Shown here one piece after another: positions 63,511-64,000 of a stretch of 64,000 bases of DNA (position 1 is the first letter of the stretch; every line of letters starts with the position of its first letter). Source of the stretch: an uncultured Verrucomicrobiae bacterium. Its GTDB lineage: Bacteria; Verrucomicrobiota; Verrucomicrobiia; Chthoniobacterales; Terrimicrobiaceae. The position numbers and the translations under genes were made by a program. The stretch lies in contig CAVPOC010000010.1 in NCBI GenBank assembly GCA_963706955.1, positions 128,001-192,000 on the forward strand, in the 5' to 3' direction. The notes beneath the pieces were generated by a model that was not told the origin of the DNA, searched no databases, and saw only the letters and a list, made by a program, of their open reading frames with translations.

Positions 63511-64000
63511 GTGCATTCGGCGACGGACATCGAAAAACAGTTTATTGCTTGGCTGAAGGATGCGTATTTCATGGAGACCAATTACGCGAAAGCGCTCGAA
63601 GAGCATCTCGGACCAGCCAAAGACTACCCAAGACTTTATCGATTGATTGATGAGCACCGTTGGGCAACCACGAGCCACGCGTATGAGGTTGGCTTGTGCT
63701 TGGAACGATTGAATTGGAACGTCAAGGACTTGAGCTACGATCGCTCGGCTTTGCGCCCGCCCTTTGAACAGTCTGCTTCGAACAGGCACGACACTGTCAT
63801 AAACAACCTCATCGTCGAATTGACCACCGAGCATTACGAGATTGCACGCTACATTGGGCTTATTACGGCCGCTACCAATGTCGGAGATCTTGTCACCGTC
63901 GAAGTCTGTGAAGCCATTCTCGAAGATGAAGAAGCGATGGCGGAGAAGCTCACTGTAGAGCTTCCGGAAATAACTTCCACCTACCTCGAGCTCTTGTTCT
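63511..64000 (+). CDS. Ferritin-like DUF892 protein (YciE-like), runs to window end
   Basis: Manual translation from GTG 63511: ...FIAWLKDAYFME...DYP.L...I.EH...TEHYEIARY..L..AA...CEAILEDEEAMA; not in the ORF track. Confidence 0.85.
   Translation, partial: MHSATDIEKQFIAWLKDAYFMETNYAKALEEHLGPAKDYPRLYRLIDEHRWATTSHAYEVGLCLERLNWNVKDLSYDRSALRPPFEQSASNRHDTVINNLIVELTTEHYEIARYIGLITAATNVGDLVTVEVCEAILEDEEAMAEKLTVELPEITSTYLELLF

Overview
GC-rich bacterial window. Gene content (DUF5069, ferredoxin type, HemQ, interspersed palindrome families) suggests a soil Verrucomicrobiota/Chthoniobacterales-like organism; this is inference. Layout: (1) 1-13 kb, mostly core genes: start of a Wza/Wzc-type polysaccharide export operon, ccsA, larE, hemQ/chdC, ferredoxin, dciA, folB, ThuA + Gfo/Idh/MocA, an ECF sigma/anti-sigma pair and tRNA-Gly(GCC). 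(2) Immediately after the tRNA, about 2.7 tandem 142-bp structured units, each restarting with the tRNA 3' end. A fourth degenerate copy near 15.97 kb bounds a ~2.9-kb integrase-less islet. (3) 16-31 kb, accessory patchwork: photolyase and ChaA remnants, YjgN/M48 pair, an orphan HicB-like/HigA-like chimeric antitoxin, a GAF-GAF-PAS kinase/LuxR pair, cupins and DUFs. (4) 32-44.5 kb, a polyol/sugar ABC uptake and catabolic cluster with a SorC-family regulator. (5) An mlaEFDCA operon bracketed by inverted palindromic repeats. (6) 49-64 kb, a general-stress cluster with receptor-less CheB, a CheB-CheR-PAS fusion and a PAS kinase. Six single-base frameshifts in otherwise intact genes most likely reflect long-read assembly errors. 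No CRISPR array, rRNA, transposase or integrase was recognised. Family calls come from motif recognition only; no database search was run.
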